Source: Patescibacteria group bacterium
GTDB lineage: Bacteria; Patescibacteriota; Microgenomatia; UBA12405
DNA length: 64,000 nt
NCBI GenBank assembly: GCA_013387215.1
Contig: WARW01000001.1
Span: 12,735-76,734, forward strand
Direction of reading: 5' to 3'
Shown here: piece by piece, positions 45,416-57,203 of the stretch
Layout: each line of letters begins with the position of its first letter
Numbering within the stretch: position 1 is the first letter of the stretch
The notes under the pieces: generated by a model
Database searches by the model: none
What the model was told of the DNA's origin: nothing
Seen by the model: only the letters and a program-made list of their open reading frames with translations
Position numbers and translations under genes: made by a program

Positions 45416-46634
45416 GGAAAACCTTATCGTTAACCCGGACTTTTTCTGAAACTTTAAAAGTGATAGAGTCGCCCTTAATGGCTCTATCACTTTTTTCGTC
45501 ATTAACCAACAAATCTTCAAATTTGCCCTTTAGCGTTCCTGTCGTTGGCCCGGTAATCATCAACTGATCTCCTTGTCTTATTTCAACATCATTATTTATT
45601 GTCATCAAAATAACTCCAATCTTGGGATAATAATGTTCAATTTGACCAATTAATTGTTTCTTTTCTGTGGCCATATTATTTTCCCCATTTGACCACTCTT
45701 CGATTTTCCTGCCCATATAATATCCGGTCGAAAAATTGCGGTTAAAAACTTTCTTTAAATTAAAAAGCCAAGTTGTAACTTTTTCCTGAGAATAATTTCC
45801 GTTTTCAATCGTCGTTAATGCTTCTTTGTAAGTTCTTATTACCGTATCAACATATTCAGGGCCACGGCCTCTGCCTTCAATTTTTAACACACTAATTCCG
45901 CTGGCAACTAATTTATCAAGCATTCCGATCGTACAAAGATCGCTTCGGCTCATCACAAAATTATTATCAATCACCAGTTCTTGATTTGTGTCCATATCAA
46001 TTACCTGATATTTTCTTCGGCAGACTTGGGTGCATTTGCCGCGGTTGGCCGACAAATTGTAATGATAAAGACTCATGGCGCATCGGCCGCTTTGAGCCAC
46101 ACACATCGCTCCATGTGCAAAAATTTCAATTTCTACCAACTTTCCGCTTGGTCCGCAAATATTTTCTTTCTTAATATCCTCAATAATTTTTTGGACTTGT
46201 TCTAAATCCAATTCGCGGGCTAAAACAATTCGGTCGGCAAACTTAGAAAAGAATCTGACCGATTCAGTGTTGGAAACAGACATTTGGGTGGAAATATGGA
46301 CTTCAACTCCAATTTTTCTAGCATATTCGATTACTGCCAAATCTGAAGCAATTATGGCGTCAATTCCATATAATTTGACTTGATCAATTATTTCTCTTAT
46401 CTTTTCTAGTTCCTGATTATAAACAACAGTATTTAAGGTAATGTAAGCTCTAATTTTATTTTCATGGCAAATATCAGCAATCTTTTTCAAATCGCTTATC
46501 TGAAAATTAATAGCCGCGCTTGCTCGCATATTCAAATCGCCTACGCCAAAATAAACCGCATCAGCACCGGCATTAATTGCCGTCATCAATGTTTCAAAAG
46601 AACCAGCAGGAGCTAATAATTCCACTTTTTTCAT
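45387..46634 (-). CDS. Peptidase U32 family protein (probable RNA hydroxylase)
   Basis: ELLAPAG, GADAVY, HGAMC..SGRC..NRGKC..CR, KIEGR. Confidence 0.9.
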   Translation of the reverse strand: MKKVELLAPAGSFETLMTAINAGADAVYFGVGDLNMRASAAINFQISDLKKIADICHENKIRAYITLNTVVYNQELEKIREIIDQVKLYGIDAIIASDLAVIEYARKIGVEVHISTQMSVSNTESVRFFSKFADRIVLARELDLEQVQKIIEDIKKENICGPSGKLVEIEIFAHGAMCVAQSGRCAMSLYHYNLSANRGKCTQVCRRKYQVIDMDTNQELVIDNNFVMSRSDLCTIGMLDKLVASGISVLKIEGRGRGPEYVDTVIRTYKEALTTIENGNYSQEKVTTWLFNLKKVFNRNFSTGYYMGRKIEEWSNGENNMATEKKQLIGQIEHYYPKIGVILMTINNDVEIRQGDQLMITGPTTGTLKGKFEDLLVNDEKSDRAIKGDSITFKVSEKVRVNDKVFLIYSSEKNE

Positions 46635-46652
46635 CCAAGGGATTATAGCAAA

Positions 46653-48185
46653 TTACTTCTCAATTAAACTTTCTCCTGTCATTTCTAATGGTTTTTCTAT
46701 TCCCATTAATTCCAAGATAGTGGGTGCTACATCTTTAAGTCCGCCGTTTGGCTTAAATTTAATTCCTTCCAAATCTTTACCCACCAAACTATAAATTACC
46801 GGGTTAAAGCCGTGGGAAGCATCAACTTCACCATTGGCATAAAGCATGTTTTCAGCATTGCCATGGTCTGCTCCAACAATAACATAATAATCATTTTCCA
46901 AAGCTTTACTGACAATTTTTCCAACCTGATTATCCACGACTTCACAGGCTTTTACTGCTGCTTCAAAAACACCGCTGTGACCAACTAAATCCGGATTGGC
47001 AAAGTTCACTAAAATAAAATCGTATTTACCCACATTCTCCAATACTTTTTCACACACTTCCGGTGCCGACATCTCAGGTTGCAAATCATAAGAAGGAACT
47101 TTAGGACTTGGCACCATAATTCTGTCTTCGCCCGAATACACTTTTTCCTGTTGTGAATTAAAGAAAAAAGTCACATGGGCATATTTTTCGGTTTCTGCCA
47201 CTCTTAAATCAGTTTTAAAATTATTTGCCAAAACTTCGGCTAAATTATTACTTATTTTTTCTTGTTCAAAAGCGACTGGCAAAGTCCATGATTCATCGTA
47301 ACGGCACATTCCTACATAATAAGGATTAATTTCACCCCAAAACTCTGCAGGGCACAGTTCAGTCTTTTCCATCATGGCTGTAATTTGTCTTGATCTGTCG
47401 GTTCTAAAATTAAACCACACAAATGAATCTTCATTTTTAATTAAAGCTACTGGCTTACCGTGTTCAACTATTACTGTCGGCTGCACATAATAATCAGTTT
47501 TATCGCCGCGCTCATACGCTTTTTCAATTGCTTCTTTAGCAGTTTGAGCAGTAAAACCAACACCTTTAGCCATTACCTCATAACCTTCTTTGGTTCTGTC
47601 CCAATTTGTATCTCTGTCCATTGTATAGTATCTACCTGCTACAGAGGCAATTTTTCCAACTCCGACTTCTTCGATTTTTTGATTTAATTTTTCCAAATAA
47701 TCAAGCGCACATTTTTCCGGAACATCTCTACCGTCTAAAACCAAATGAATAAAAACATTGTTCAGTTTATTTTCTTTAGCTAATTTCAAAAGAGAATACA
47801 AATGGTTTACGTCAGAATGAACGCCGGCATCAGAAAATAATCCGGCTAAGTGTAAAGAAGAATTGTTGCGTAAACAGTTATCAATTGCCGAAAGTAAAGC
47901 TCTATTTTCAAAAAAAGAACCGTTTTCAATTGCTTGATTAATTAGTTCTTGGGGTTGCCAAACCACTCTTCCAGCCCCCAAAGTTAAATGTCCAACTTCA
48001 CTGCCGCCTTGTGCTGATTCTGGATTACCAACCTCTCGACCGATACATTTTAAAAGGGAACTAGGGTAATTCTTAACATAATTTTCATGATTGGGAACGT
48101 GGGCGGCTTTAATTGCATTTCCTTTAACAATTGAACTCTCACCCCAGCCATCTCTAACAATTAGAATTACTCTTTTGTTTTTCAT
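46653..48185 (-). CDS. gpmI: 2,3-bisphosphoglycerate-independent phosphoglycerate mutase
   Basis: DGWG, GSEVGH, DGRD, ETEKYAHVTFF, DLVGHSG, ADHGN. Confidence 0.96.
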   Translation of the reverse strand: MKNKRVILIVRDGWGESSIVKGNAIKAAHVPNHENYVKNYPSSLLKCIGREVGNPESAQGGSEVGHLTLGAGRVVWQPQELINQAIENGSFFENRALLSAIDNCLRNNSSLHLAGLFSDAGVHSDVNHLYSLLKLAKENKLNNVFIHLVLDGRDVPEKCALDYLEKLNQKIEEVGVGKIASVAGRYYTMDRDTNWDRTKEGYEVMAKGVGFTAQTAKEAIEKAYERGDKTDYYVQPTVIVEHGKPVALIKNEDSFVWFNFRTDRSRQITAMMEKTELCPAEFWGEINPYYVGMCRYDESWTLPVAFEQEKISNNLAEVLANNFKTDLRVAETEKYAHVTFFFNSQQEKVYSGEDRIMVPSPKVPSYDLQPEMSAPEVCEKVLENVGKYDFILVNFANPDLVGHSGVFEAAVKACEVVDNQVGKIVSKALENDYYVIVGADHGNAENMLYANGEVDASHGFNPVIYSLVGKDLEGIKFKPNGGLKDVAPTILELMGIEKPLEMTGESLIEK

Positions 48186-48307
48186 AGCTCTATTTTAGTC
48201 TGGCGCTTCATTTAAATCACTATTTTGATATTTAATATTATAAATGCTATACTCCGGCGTTCATTTATAATCGGACCTTAGGCAAAAAAAGAAAGGAAGT
48301 GAGTTTT

Positions 48308-48412
48308 ATGATGCGTGATGATGAGAATCCAAGACCACCGTTGTTTTTGATTATCATATTTATCATTGTTATTGTCGGCATAATAATTAGCCCGTCGCCT
48401 TGGGGAAATTAG
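48308..48412 (+). CDS. Small 34-aa single-TM peptide (not in ORF track)
   Basis: SD GAAAGGAAG; MMRDDENPRPPLFLIIIFIIVIVGIIISPSPWGN. Confidence 0.55.
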   Translation: MMRDDENPRPPLFLIIIFIIVIVGIIISPSPWGN

Positions 48413-48507
48413 TAAAACATCAAAGCGATGTTAATTCGAAAGATAATCAACCGTTTATAAATATACGTACCTTGAAAAATGAAAATTATTTAATGGAGGT
48501 GATTTAA

Positions 48508-49068
48508 GTGGATAAATACATGGAAATGAAGGAACTAATATTATTGATTGATCCGCCTAACCGTTTTATTTGTTATCAAATTTTTCTTGATAACGAAACA
48601 CTTTTTAAACAGGCGCAAGGCTCTACTCATCTTCATCAAGCTTGGATGGGTGGCTATTATGATCATGTTTGCGAAGTTATGAACATCGCGGTGGTTCAAT
48701 ATGCCGGCTTATCAAGATTAAGACCTTTACCTTTTACCTTACCCGATGCACTTCTGGTGTTATTCTTTCACGATATCGAAAAACCATGGAAATATAAACT
48801 TGTCGACGGTCAAATTCAACAAGTCGAGGAACTAAAAGACAAAAAAGCTCAGCGCGAATATCGTGACAGAAAACTAAAAGAATATGGAATAATTTTGACT
48901 CCAGCACAGCTTAATGGTCTAGAATACACAGAAGGGGAACTTCATAACTATAGTAATACCCAAAGAACGATGAATGGGCTTGCCGCTTTTTGCCATACCT
49001 GCGATGTCATATCAGCACGTATTTGGTACGATTATCCTAAACGTGACTCTTGGCTTAACGCTAAATAA
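48508..49068 (+). CDS. HD-domain phosphohydrolase
   Basis: HQAWMGGYYDH, FHDIEK, CDVIS; SD GGAGGTG. Confidence 0.82.
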   Translation: MDKYMEMKELILLIDPPNRFICYQIFLDNETLFKQAQGSTHLHQAWMGGYYDHVCEVMNIAVVQYAGLSRLRPLPFTLPDALLVLFFHDIEKPWKYKLVDGQIQQVEELKDKKAQREYRDRKLKEYGIILTPAQLNGLEYTEGELHNYSNTQRTMNGLAAFCHTCDVISARIWYDYPKRDSWLNAK

Positions 49069-49177
49069 TTTTCGTTTTGTACTTTTACAATTCGGGGTCA
49101 TGAAATAGCTAAATTACATAACTACCGTCGACTTAGTTAGATTTGTCGAAAATGTATTAATGAAAGGAAGAGATTTC

Positions 49178-49564
49178 ATGATTAAATTTAAAATTTTTCT
49201 CAAAAAAATTTCCAGGATTTTACTCCAAACCCTAATTATTTTAATTGTAATTGGAGTTATTTGCGGCACTTATTATGTCGTCTTTCCACGTTGCTATGAA
49301 ACTCCAACGACAATCGTTGGGATAATTGATGATCGAGTCATCAACGAACCCAACAAAGACCTCATGATAATAATTTTTACGCCGGAAAATAATACTGTAG
49401 CTCTAAAAAACAACGATGCATCAGGACAAGATAAAAAATATCAGCAAAATAATTACAAAGAAATTTCTCAACTGGAAGTTGGTAAAACTTACGTTTTTAA
49501 AGTTTTCCGTTCTTTCAAAACTAAGGAGCTTCGCATCATTGATTATTCTTTAGCCTTTAAATAA
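49178..49564 (+). CDS. Membrane-anchored hypothetical protein
   Basis: N-terminal TM, small beta domain; ATG 49178 after GAAAGGAAG. Confidence 0.65.
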   Translation: MIKFKIFLKKISRILLQTLIILIVIGVICGTYYVVFPRCYETPTTIVGIIDDRVINEPNKDLMIIIFTPENNTVALKNNDASGQDKKYQQNNYKEISQLEVGKTYVFKVFRSFKTKELRIIDYSLAFK

Positions 49565-49577
49565 ACCCCGGATTGTC

Positions 49578-49622
49578 GGCTCGTCATGAATGACAAAATC
49601 TTTCACGGCGAGCCTTTTTTTT
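49578..49622 (+). terminator. Intrinsic terminator
   Basis: GGCTCGTC...GGCGAGCC plus T-tract. Confidence 0.65.
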
Positions 49623-49624
49623 GT

Positions 49625-50890
49625 TTAATTTTTTAATTCTTCTTCAATTCTCATCAATCGATTATATTTACAAACTCTTTCGCCTCTGGTTGGCCCGACT
49701 TTAATATATGCCGATCCTACGGCCACAGCTAAATCCACTAAAAATGTATCATTGGTTTCACCGCCGCCTCGATGGCTAGGCATGGTCATCAAATTATGTT
49801 CTCGGGCAAGTAAACAACAGTCAACAGTTTCAGTTAAAGTTCCAGCCTGATTTAATTTAATCAAAATTGCAGTGGCTGCCTTCATTTCAATCGCTTTTTT
49901 CCACAGATTAGTGTTTGTGACAGTCAAATCATCGGCAATTAATGGAAATTTTCCGCCGATTGCTTCAACAATTTTTGGCCAGTTGTCCCAATCAAATTCC
50001 GACAACATATCTTCCATGGTGGCAATTGGATATTTTTCAATCCATGGTTTGTAGTAGGCAATTAGTTCTTCAGATGTTAATTCTTTACCTTCCAATTTCA
50101 AATTATATTTTTTGGTTTCTTCACTGTAAAACTCAGAAGCAGCCGCATCAATACCAACACCTGCATCAACCCCTGGTTTATATCCTGCATTAGTAATAGC
50201 TTGGACTAAATATTCAATTGGTTTTTCGTTACTGGATATTCCATTTGGTGCAAAAGCGCCTTCATTGCCGACATTAGTTGATAATTTTTCAGCTTTTAAA
50301 ATTTTCTTTAAAGCGTCATAAATTTCCATTTCCATTCTTACGTTTTCTGCAGCCGATTTGTTGCCCATGGCACCAATCATAAATTCCTGTAAATCGGTAG
50401 TATCATCGGCATGTTTGCCGCCTTCGATCATCACAATCATTGGCTTAGGTAATACCCAGCCAATTTCGCCAATTCCGTAAACTTTTCTCAAATATTTATA
50501 AAGTGGCATGTTTTCCTCGCATGCCTCTGCTCTTGCTACTGCTAAAGAAACTCCTAACATGGCATTTCCGCCCAAGATTGCCTTATTAATAGTTCCGTCT
50601 AAATCAATCATTTTTTGATCAACAGTTCTCTGTTCTGCAGCTTCCATTCCAATTAAAGCCTCTTTGATTTTAGTATTGATATTCGCGATTGCATTTAACA
50701 TTCCTTTGCCGTTATAACGGGTTTTATCTCCATCCAATAAAACCGTAGCTTCTTTTGATCCGGCCGATGCTCCATATGAAACTGATGCTTCTCCTGTCAC
50801 TCCCGATTCCAAAGTTACTGTAACTTCCAAGCTTGGTGCTCCACCGCTGGCTAATATTTCTCGAGCAAAAATGTTTTTTATTTTTGACAT
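49625..50890 (-). CDS. eno: Enolase
   Basis: GASAG..EA, QEFM, VGNEGAF, ADDL, LIKLNQAG, SHRGGET. Confidence 0.95.
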   Translation of the reverse strand: MSKIKNIFAREILASGGAPSLEVTVTLESGVTGEASVSYGASAGSKEATVLLDGDKTRYNGKGMLNAIANINTKIKEALIGMEAAEQRTVDQKMIDLDGTINKAILGGNAMLGVSLAVARAEACEENMPLYKYLRKVYGIGEIGWVLPKPMIVMIEGGKHADDTTDLQEFMIGAMGNKSAAENVRMEMEIYDALKKILKAEKLSTNVGNEGAFAPNGISSNEKPIEYLVQAITNAGYKPGVDAGVGIDAAASEFYSEETKKYNLKLEGKELTSEELIAYYKPWIEKYPIATMEDMLSEFDWDNWPKIVEAIGGKFPLIADDLTVTNTNLWKKAIEMKAATAILIKLNQAGTLTETVDCCLLAREHNLMTMPSHRGGGETNDTFLVDLAVAVGSAYIKVGPTRGERVCKYNRLMRIEEELKN

Positions 50891-50933
50891 TCTTATTTTT
50901 AATCAATAACTTGTCTATTGCCCTTTTATATTA

Positions 50934-51449
50934 TCACTTGATCACTTTATAGCGAAGCTGAACAATATTGTCTGTTAGCTTTTTTGTTTCCATAAATTCC
51001 AGTTTCAAATCAAAATCTTGCGGTGAAAATATTGGTAACCCTTTGCCGATTAGAACCGGTTCAATATTAAAAATAATTTCATCTATCAAATTATCTTTAG
51101 CAAAAGAACTATTATTAATTGCTCCTCCACACAAAATTACTTCTTTGTAACCCATCTTTTCTAAAATTTCCAAAGCTCCTTGGGGTGAGTTAGCTAATTC
51201 GCAGCCTGTATCCAATTCAAATTTTTGATTTGAAACAATGACTTTTCTAACTTCTTTAATTTGATCCAAATAATTTTTATCCCAAGTTTTTACCACTTCA
51301 AAAGTTTTCCTTCCCCAAATCAAACACCCTGTCTTTCGGGTTAATTTCACAAAAGTTTCCCAGCTGTCGTCGGAAATAAAATCTTCATCATTATTCTCTC
51401 TGGCAACAATCCCATTTAAAGACATTGCCATAAAAAGTGTAGTCTTCAT
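50934..51449 (-). CDS. Dihydrofolate reductase/RibD C-terminal family protein
   Basis: AMSLNG, GRKTF, GG, LIDEI...P..IGKG. Confidence 0.85.
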   Translation of the reverse strand: MKTTLFMAMSLNGIVARENNDEDFISDDSWETFVKLTRKTGCLIWGRKTFEVVKTWDKNYLDQIKEVRKVIVSNQKFELDTGCELANSPQGALEILEKMGYKEVILCGGAINNSSFAKDNLIDEIIFNIEPVLIGKGLPIFSPQDFDLKLEFMETKKLTDNIVQLRYKVIK

Positions 51450-52297
51450 TTATTTATATTTAAAATTTTTTTAATAACCTTTTTAATTCTAATATCTTTG
51501 AATTGTTCAAGCATATCTTTTATAGACAATTTATTTTTTACAAACAAATCAGCATATCCAGTTTTATTTATAGAGCAGATTTTATCAATTTTATTTTTAC
51601 TTAAAGCCCGGTAAATATAAAACCAATCATTAATAAAAAAGATTTTTCCATATATTTTTTTAAGACAATCCATCATCTGTTTTGAATTCATTTTGGCTTG
51701 TTTATAAGCCTCAGGCCAATATTCAAAAAATATAATTGGTTTATGTTTTTTAATTATATTTTTGCCTCCGGCAATTACTCCTGGCTCATGTCCCTGAGTA
51801 TCAATTTTTATAAAATCCACCCTATCAGTTCCTAAAAATTGATCCAAGGTTTTACAATTGACTCTAATTTTTTTTCTATTTTTATTATCTGAAAATAATC
51901 GGTGATCGCCATAATTTTCTTCCGATATAAAAAAATCGACTCTGCCGGATTTGTTGCTCAAAGCCGCTTGAACCGCAGTTACATTTTTCAAATTATTTTC
52001 TTCGATATTTTTTTTCAAAATCGAAAAATTGGTTGGATCTGGTTCGAATGCAAATACTCGACCTTTTTCTCCGACTTTATCGGCAAAAAGAATAGTATTA
52101 AAACCGATGTTCGCCCCCACATCCACCACCACATTTCCTTTTTTTATATTTCTAAGCATCAATTCAGTCTCATATGGTTCATATTTTTCTAAAGCCACTC
52201 TTTGCCCCACATATTTATCGTCTTCAAGATAAAAGAAAGTAAACTTGCCCCCAAGCACTTTTGATTTTGTTAAAATACTATTAGTCATTATTTCCAA
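51446..52297 (-). CDS. FkbM-family methyltransferase
   Basis: VDVGANIG, AFEP, FIKIDTQG.E. Confidence 0.9.
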   Translation of the reverse strand: MEIMTNSILTKSKVLGGKFTFFYLEDDKYVGQRVALEKYEPYETELMLRNIKKGNVVVDVGANIGFNTILFADKVGEKGRVFAFEPDPTNFSILKKNIEENNLKNVTAVQAALSNKSGRVDFFISEENYGDHRLFSDNKNRKKIRVNCKTLDQFLGTDRVDFIKIDTQGHEPGVIAGGKNIIKKHKPIIFFEYWPEAYKQAKMNSKQMMDCLKKIYGKIFFINDWFYIYRALSKNKIDKICSINKTGYADLFVKNKLSIKDMLEQFKDIRIKKVIKKILNINK

Positions 52298-52362
52298 TAT
52301 TTTAACAGTTCTCTTGCCCCCATCGTTGACCTCTTGACGCCAACTTTACTATTGCTAAAATA

Positions 52363-52389
52363 TTAGCAGTCTCACTCGTTGAGTGATAA
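52363..52389 (+). promoter_or_regulatory. CIRCE operator upstream of groES
   Basis: TTAGCAGTC-N9-GAGTGATAA just after TTGACG...TGCTAAAAT. Confidence 0.85.
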
Positions 52390-52409
52390 TTATTAATTAA
52401 GCTTAAGCC

Positions 52410-52712
52410 ATGTCAGACACACAAACCAAAATCCATCCCGCCCCAGGTTACATTTTAGTCAAACCTCAAAAGAAAGAAACTACCACAGCTTCGGGAATAG
52501 TTTTACCATCAACCCACGAAGAAAAACCTCAGCAAGGTGTAGTTTTAGCAGTTGGGGGAGAGATGATTACTGATTTTGGCACCAAAAAAGATTCACCATG
52601 CCAAAAAGGGGACATTGTTATTTACCGCGAATGGGGTGGCAAAGAATATAAGGAAAACGACGCTGAACTTTTAATCCTAAAGTTCGACGATATTATGGCA
52701 TTAGTTAAATAA
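52410..52712 (+). CDS. groS: Co-chaperonin GroES
   Basis: TASGIVLP mobile loop, EKPQQG.VLAVG. Confidence 0.95.
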   Translation: MSDTQTKIHPAPGYILVKPQKKETTTASGIVLPSTHEEKPQQGVVLAVGGEMITDFGTKKDSPCQKGDIVIYREWGGKEYKENDAELLILKFDDIMALVK

Positions 52713-52715
52713 TAG

Positions 52716-54395
<1,680 letters not shown>

Positions 54396-54414
54396 ATCAC
54401 TCAAAAAAAATAAT

Positions 54415-54445
54415 AAAAAACCCTTCGAGAAATCGGAGGGTTTTT
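54415..54445. terminator. Bidirectional intrinsic terminator
   Basis: AAAAACCCTTCGA-GAAA-TCGGAGGGTTTTT. Confidence 0.85.
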
Positions 54446-54447
54446 GT

Positions 54448-54957
54448 TTAATGTTTGTTAAACTCTGCTAAAATCACTTTAAACCAAAATGTGTATTTAT
54501 CAGGATTTTCTAAAACATCTTTATTAAGCTCAATCATCGAAATCCATTTCCAACTCTCAGCTTCTTCTTTATTAATTTTTGGTTCCAAATTGTAATTACC
54601 CACAAACACATGATCATGTTCATTTTCGGTCAAATCATGATCTAGTGGGGCTGTGTAATTGAATGAAAATTTTTCTCTTAACTCGCAGTCGAACCCCATT
54701 TCTTCTTGAAGTCTTCGGTGAGCTGCTGCTTCTGTTTCTTCGCCAGGTCGGGGATGGCTGCAGCAAGTATTTGTCCAAAGTCCGCCGCAATGATATTTAC
54801 TCAATGCTCTTTGCTGAAGCATTAATTCGTTTTTATCATTGAAAATTAAAATCGAAAAAGCTCGGTGCCTTTTACCGCCATTTTGGTGGGCCGCTATTTT
54901 TTCTTCAACTCCAATTTGATTATCATTGTCATCAACAAGAATTACGTTTTCTGTCAT
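54448..54957 (-). CDS. idi: Isopentenyl-diphosphate delta-isomerase type 1
   Basis: HRAFS, LQQRA, WTNTCCSHP, ENE.DHVF. Confidence 0.95.
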   Translation of the reverse strand: MTENVILVDDNDNQIGVEEKIAAHQNGGKRHRAFSILIFNDKNELMLQQRALSKYHCGGLWTNTCCSHPRPGEETEAAAHRRLQEEMGFDCELREKFSFNYTAPLDHDLTENEHDHVFVGNYNLEPKINKEEAESWKWISMIELNKDVLENPDKYTFWFKVILAEFNKH

Positions 54958-55050
54958 GTTAATAAAGTCGTAAATGTTAAAAAATTCATTCCTTTTTTAA
55001 TTATATAATTAGCTTTAATATTTGATAAAATAAGCTTACTTTGAAAATCT

Positions 55051-55121
55051 GACGCGGTAGTCAAGCGGTTAGACAGCGGTCTGCAAAACCGTATAGATGG
55101 GTTCAACTCCCATCCGCGTCT
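55051..55121 (+). tRNA. tRNA-Cys(GCA)
   Basis: GACGCGG acceptor, GCGGT-CTGCAAA-ACCGT, U discriminator. Confidence 0.93.
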
Positions 55122-55126
55122 CAAAT

Positions 55127-55516
55127 TTATTTAGTCCAAATTTCTCCGACCCTTCCATATTCTTTTCTGGCAGGCCACACCTTGCCCACTTCTTGCCTAA
55201 TAGCTCCTCCTAATACTCTTGCCTCTGGTTTAACTTCTGCCCTAGAAACAAGTTCAGAAAATATTTCAAAAAAATCTTTTTCTATTTTTTCGTTGATTTC
55301 CCAATTTTCTCCCGTAAAAAATTTAATGTCTCCAGTCGGATCAATCACTCCTCTTAATTCTTTTTCAATAAAATCTTTTGCTTTATTTTCAGAAAATCCG
55401 AAATCTAAAAGCCAATCAAAATGACAGCCGCCATAGCCGCGATCAGCTAATACCAACTTTTTATCAATCATAAAAAACATTCTTCTGGCTTGATGATATG
55501 CTTTTTCTTTATTCAT
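55127..55516 (-). CDS. Hypothetical protein
   Basis: 129-aa ORF with TATAAT 9 nt upstream. Confidence 0.65.
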   Translation of the reverse strand: MNKEKAYHQARRMFFMIDKKLVLADRGYGGCHFDWLLDFGFSENKAKDFIEKELRGVIDPTGDIKFFTGENWEINEKIEKDFFEIFSELVSRAEVKPEARVLGGAIRQEVGKVWPARKEYGRVGEIWTK

Positions 55517-55649
55517 TCGTTGCTAATTATACATTATAAAATCTATCTATTGATTTAATATACTTCTGTACTATAATCCCGATAGTTAGAGCAATTCAAC
55601 GCTGCGTTGATTTATTTGCACTTTCCAAATTTGAAAGGAGTTGTTCGTT

Positions 55650-55877
55650 GTGAACAAAGACATTTTATTGCCGTTATTCTTCAGAGGAAGAGCCAAAGTT
55701 TGGTTTTTAACAATACTGATTGAAGTCCTTCTGGGCATCACTTTATTTTTCCCTGAGCATACAGCTGACAAAATTATATGCATGTCGATATTTTTTATTG
55801 CTATGATGTCTTACCTTTTATTTTTCACTTCTGGTATTAAAAAGCTAAATCAGCTAAAAGATAAAAAATCTAGATAA
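55650..55877 (+). CDS. Small two-TM membrane protein
   Basis: Own promoter (TTGATT..TATAAT), hairpin, boxA-like motif, SD GAAAGGAG, GTG start, terminator at about 55896-55947. Confidence 0.65.
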   Translation: MNKDILLPLFFRGRAKVWFLTILIEVLLGITLFFPEHTADKIICMSIFFIAMMSYLLFFTSGIKKLNQLKDKKSR

Positions 55878-56021
55878 ACAGAAGCCAAAACCAAAACCGT
55901 CAGGTCTATGTAAAATTTATTTTTACATTTATCTGCCGGTTTTTTTTATTGTTAAATTTCAAAAATTTGAGCCATTAACGCATATTTAGTTTGAATATTT
56001 TGAGATGTACAATGTTTCCAT

Positions 56022-56702
56022 ATGTCAAAACAGAGGCAGCCAATTGTTGGTTTTGTCGGTCCCATGAATGCCCGAAAAACTTTATTATTGCTTGACCATA
56101 TATTTGCTGCCGAAGCTGTGGGAGAAACTGTATTAGTCTATAAGCCTCAAGTCGACGATCGTTTTGGAGTTGGCATCGTCAGGTCTCGTTGTGGTGGCAC
56201 TCACGAAGCCATTCCTGTTCCAGAGTCACCTCAGGGTGAATTAAAAGCTCAATCCAGCTTTATTTTGGATGATATTTTAAAAAATAATAAAAAACCCACT
56301 TTGGTAGCCATCGATGAAGTTATGATGTTTGATGATGACATTGCTGAAGTAGTTGTCAGTCTTAGTGAGGCTGGAATTCAAGTTGCTTACGCCGGTTTAA
56401 ATATGAATTATCGTGGAGAACCATTTTCCAGTGGCATAAAAGAATTAATGTCGATTTCTACTCGATTAGAAGTATTATCTGCCAGATGCACTTATTCTCA
56501 TGATGGCATTCACAAATGTGGAGCTCCGGCAACAATGACTCAGCGTTTAAAAAATGGAGAACCAGATTCTTATGATAGCCCTTTAATTGTTATCGAAAAG
56601 TTTGCCACGGAAGATCAAAAACCAGTCTTTACTTATGAAGCTAGATGTTTAACTCATTGGTCAATTTCCGGAACTCGTCCCCAAAAAACTACTCTCCCAT
56701 AA
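56022..56702 (+). CDS. tdk: Thymidine kinase
   Basis: GPMNARKT, KP..DDR, IDE, AGL, YEARC..H. Confidence 0.92.
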   Translation: MSKQRQPIVGFVGPMNARKTLLLLDHIFAAEAVGETVLVYKPQVDDRFGVGIVRSRCGGTHEAIPVPESPQGELKAQSSFILDDILKNNKKPTLVAIDEVMMFDDDIAEVVVSLSEAGIQVAYAGLNMNYRGEPFSSGIKELMSISTRLEVLSARCTYSHDGIHKCGAPATMTQRLKNGEPDSYDSPLIVIEKFATEDQKPVFTYEARCLTHWSISGTRPQKTTLP

Positions 56703-57144
56703 CTTGGATAATTATTTTTCTTTGTCTTGAACAATCCAATTCAATGGCAAACACTCTTTGCCAAGTTCCAAGCATTAATTTTCCCTCGATTATCGGAATT
56801 GTTTCTGAGTTTCTCATCAAAAGGTGAGTACAGTGCGAATGTCCATTTAAGCAATCAGAAGCTCCCGACTGACAGACTAAATTTTCAGTTCTGATACTCA
56901 AATCGTTGTGACGATAATATGAATCTTTTGGAATTATTTTTTTAAGCAAATCTTTAAAATCTTCAAAAAATCCTTTTTCTTTTTCATTAATGCAAATTGC
57001 TTGAGTGGTATGCATTGAATAAATCAGCACTGATCCATTTTTAACTCCTGATTCTTTTACGGCTGTTTCCACTTCTGATGAAATATCTTTAAATTCTAAA
57101 AAATCATTGCTTTTAATCGACAGGGTTTTGTTATGAACTTTCAT
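56689..57144 (-). CDS. YjbQ/UPF0047 family protein
   Basis: HTT, INE, NGHSH, LGTWQ. Confidence 0.9.
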   Translation of the reverse strand: MKVHNKTLSIKSNDFLEFKDISSEVETAVKESGVKNGSVLIYSMHTTQAICINEKEKGFFEDFKDLLKKIIPKDSYYRHNDLSIRTENLVCQSGASDCLNGHSHCTHLLMRNSETIPIIEGKLMLGTWQRVFAIELDCSRQRKIIIQVMGE

Positions 57145-57203
57145 AAATAAAATAAATATTTGGTACTAATTAAGTCGCCAAATACTCTTTTATCATGCTG
57201 ATT

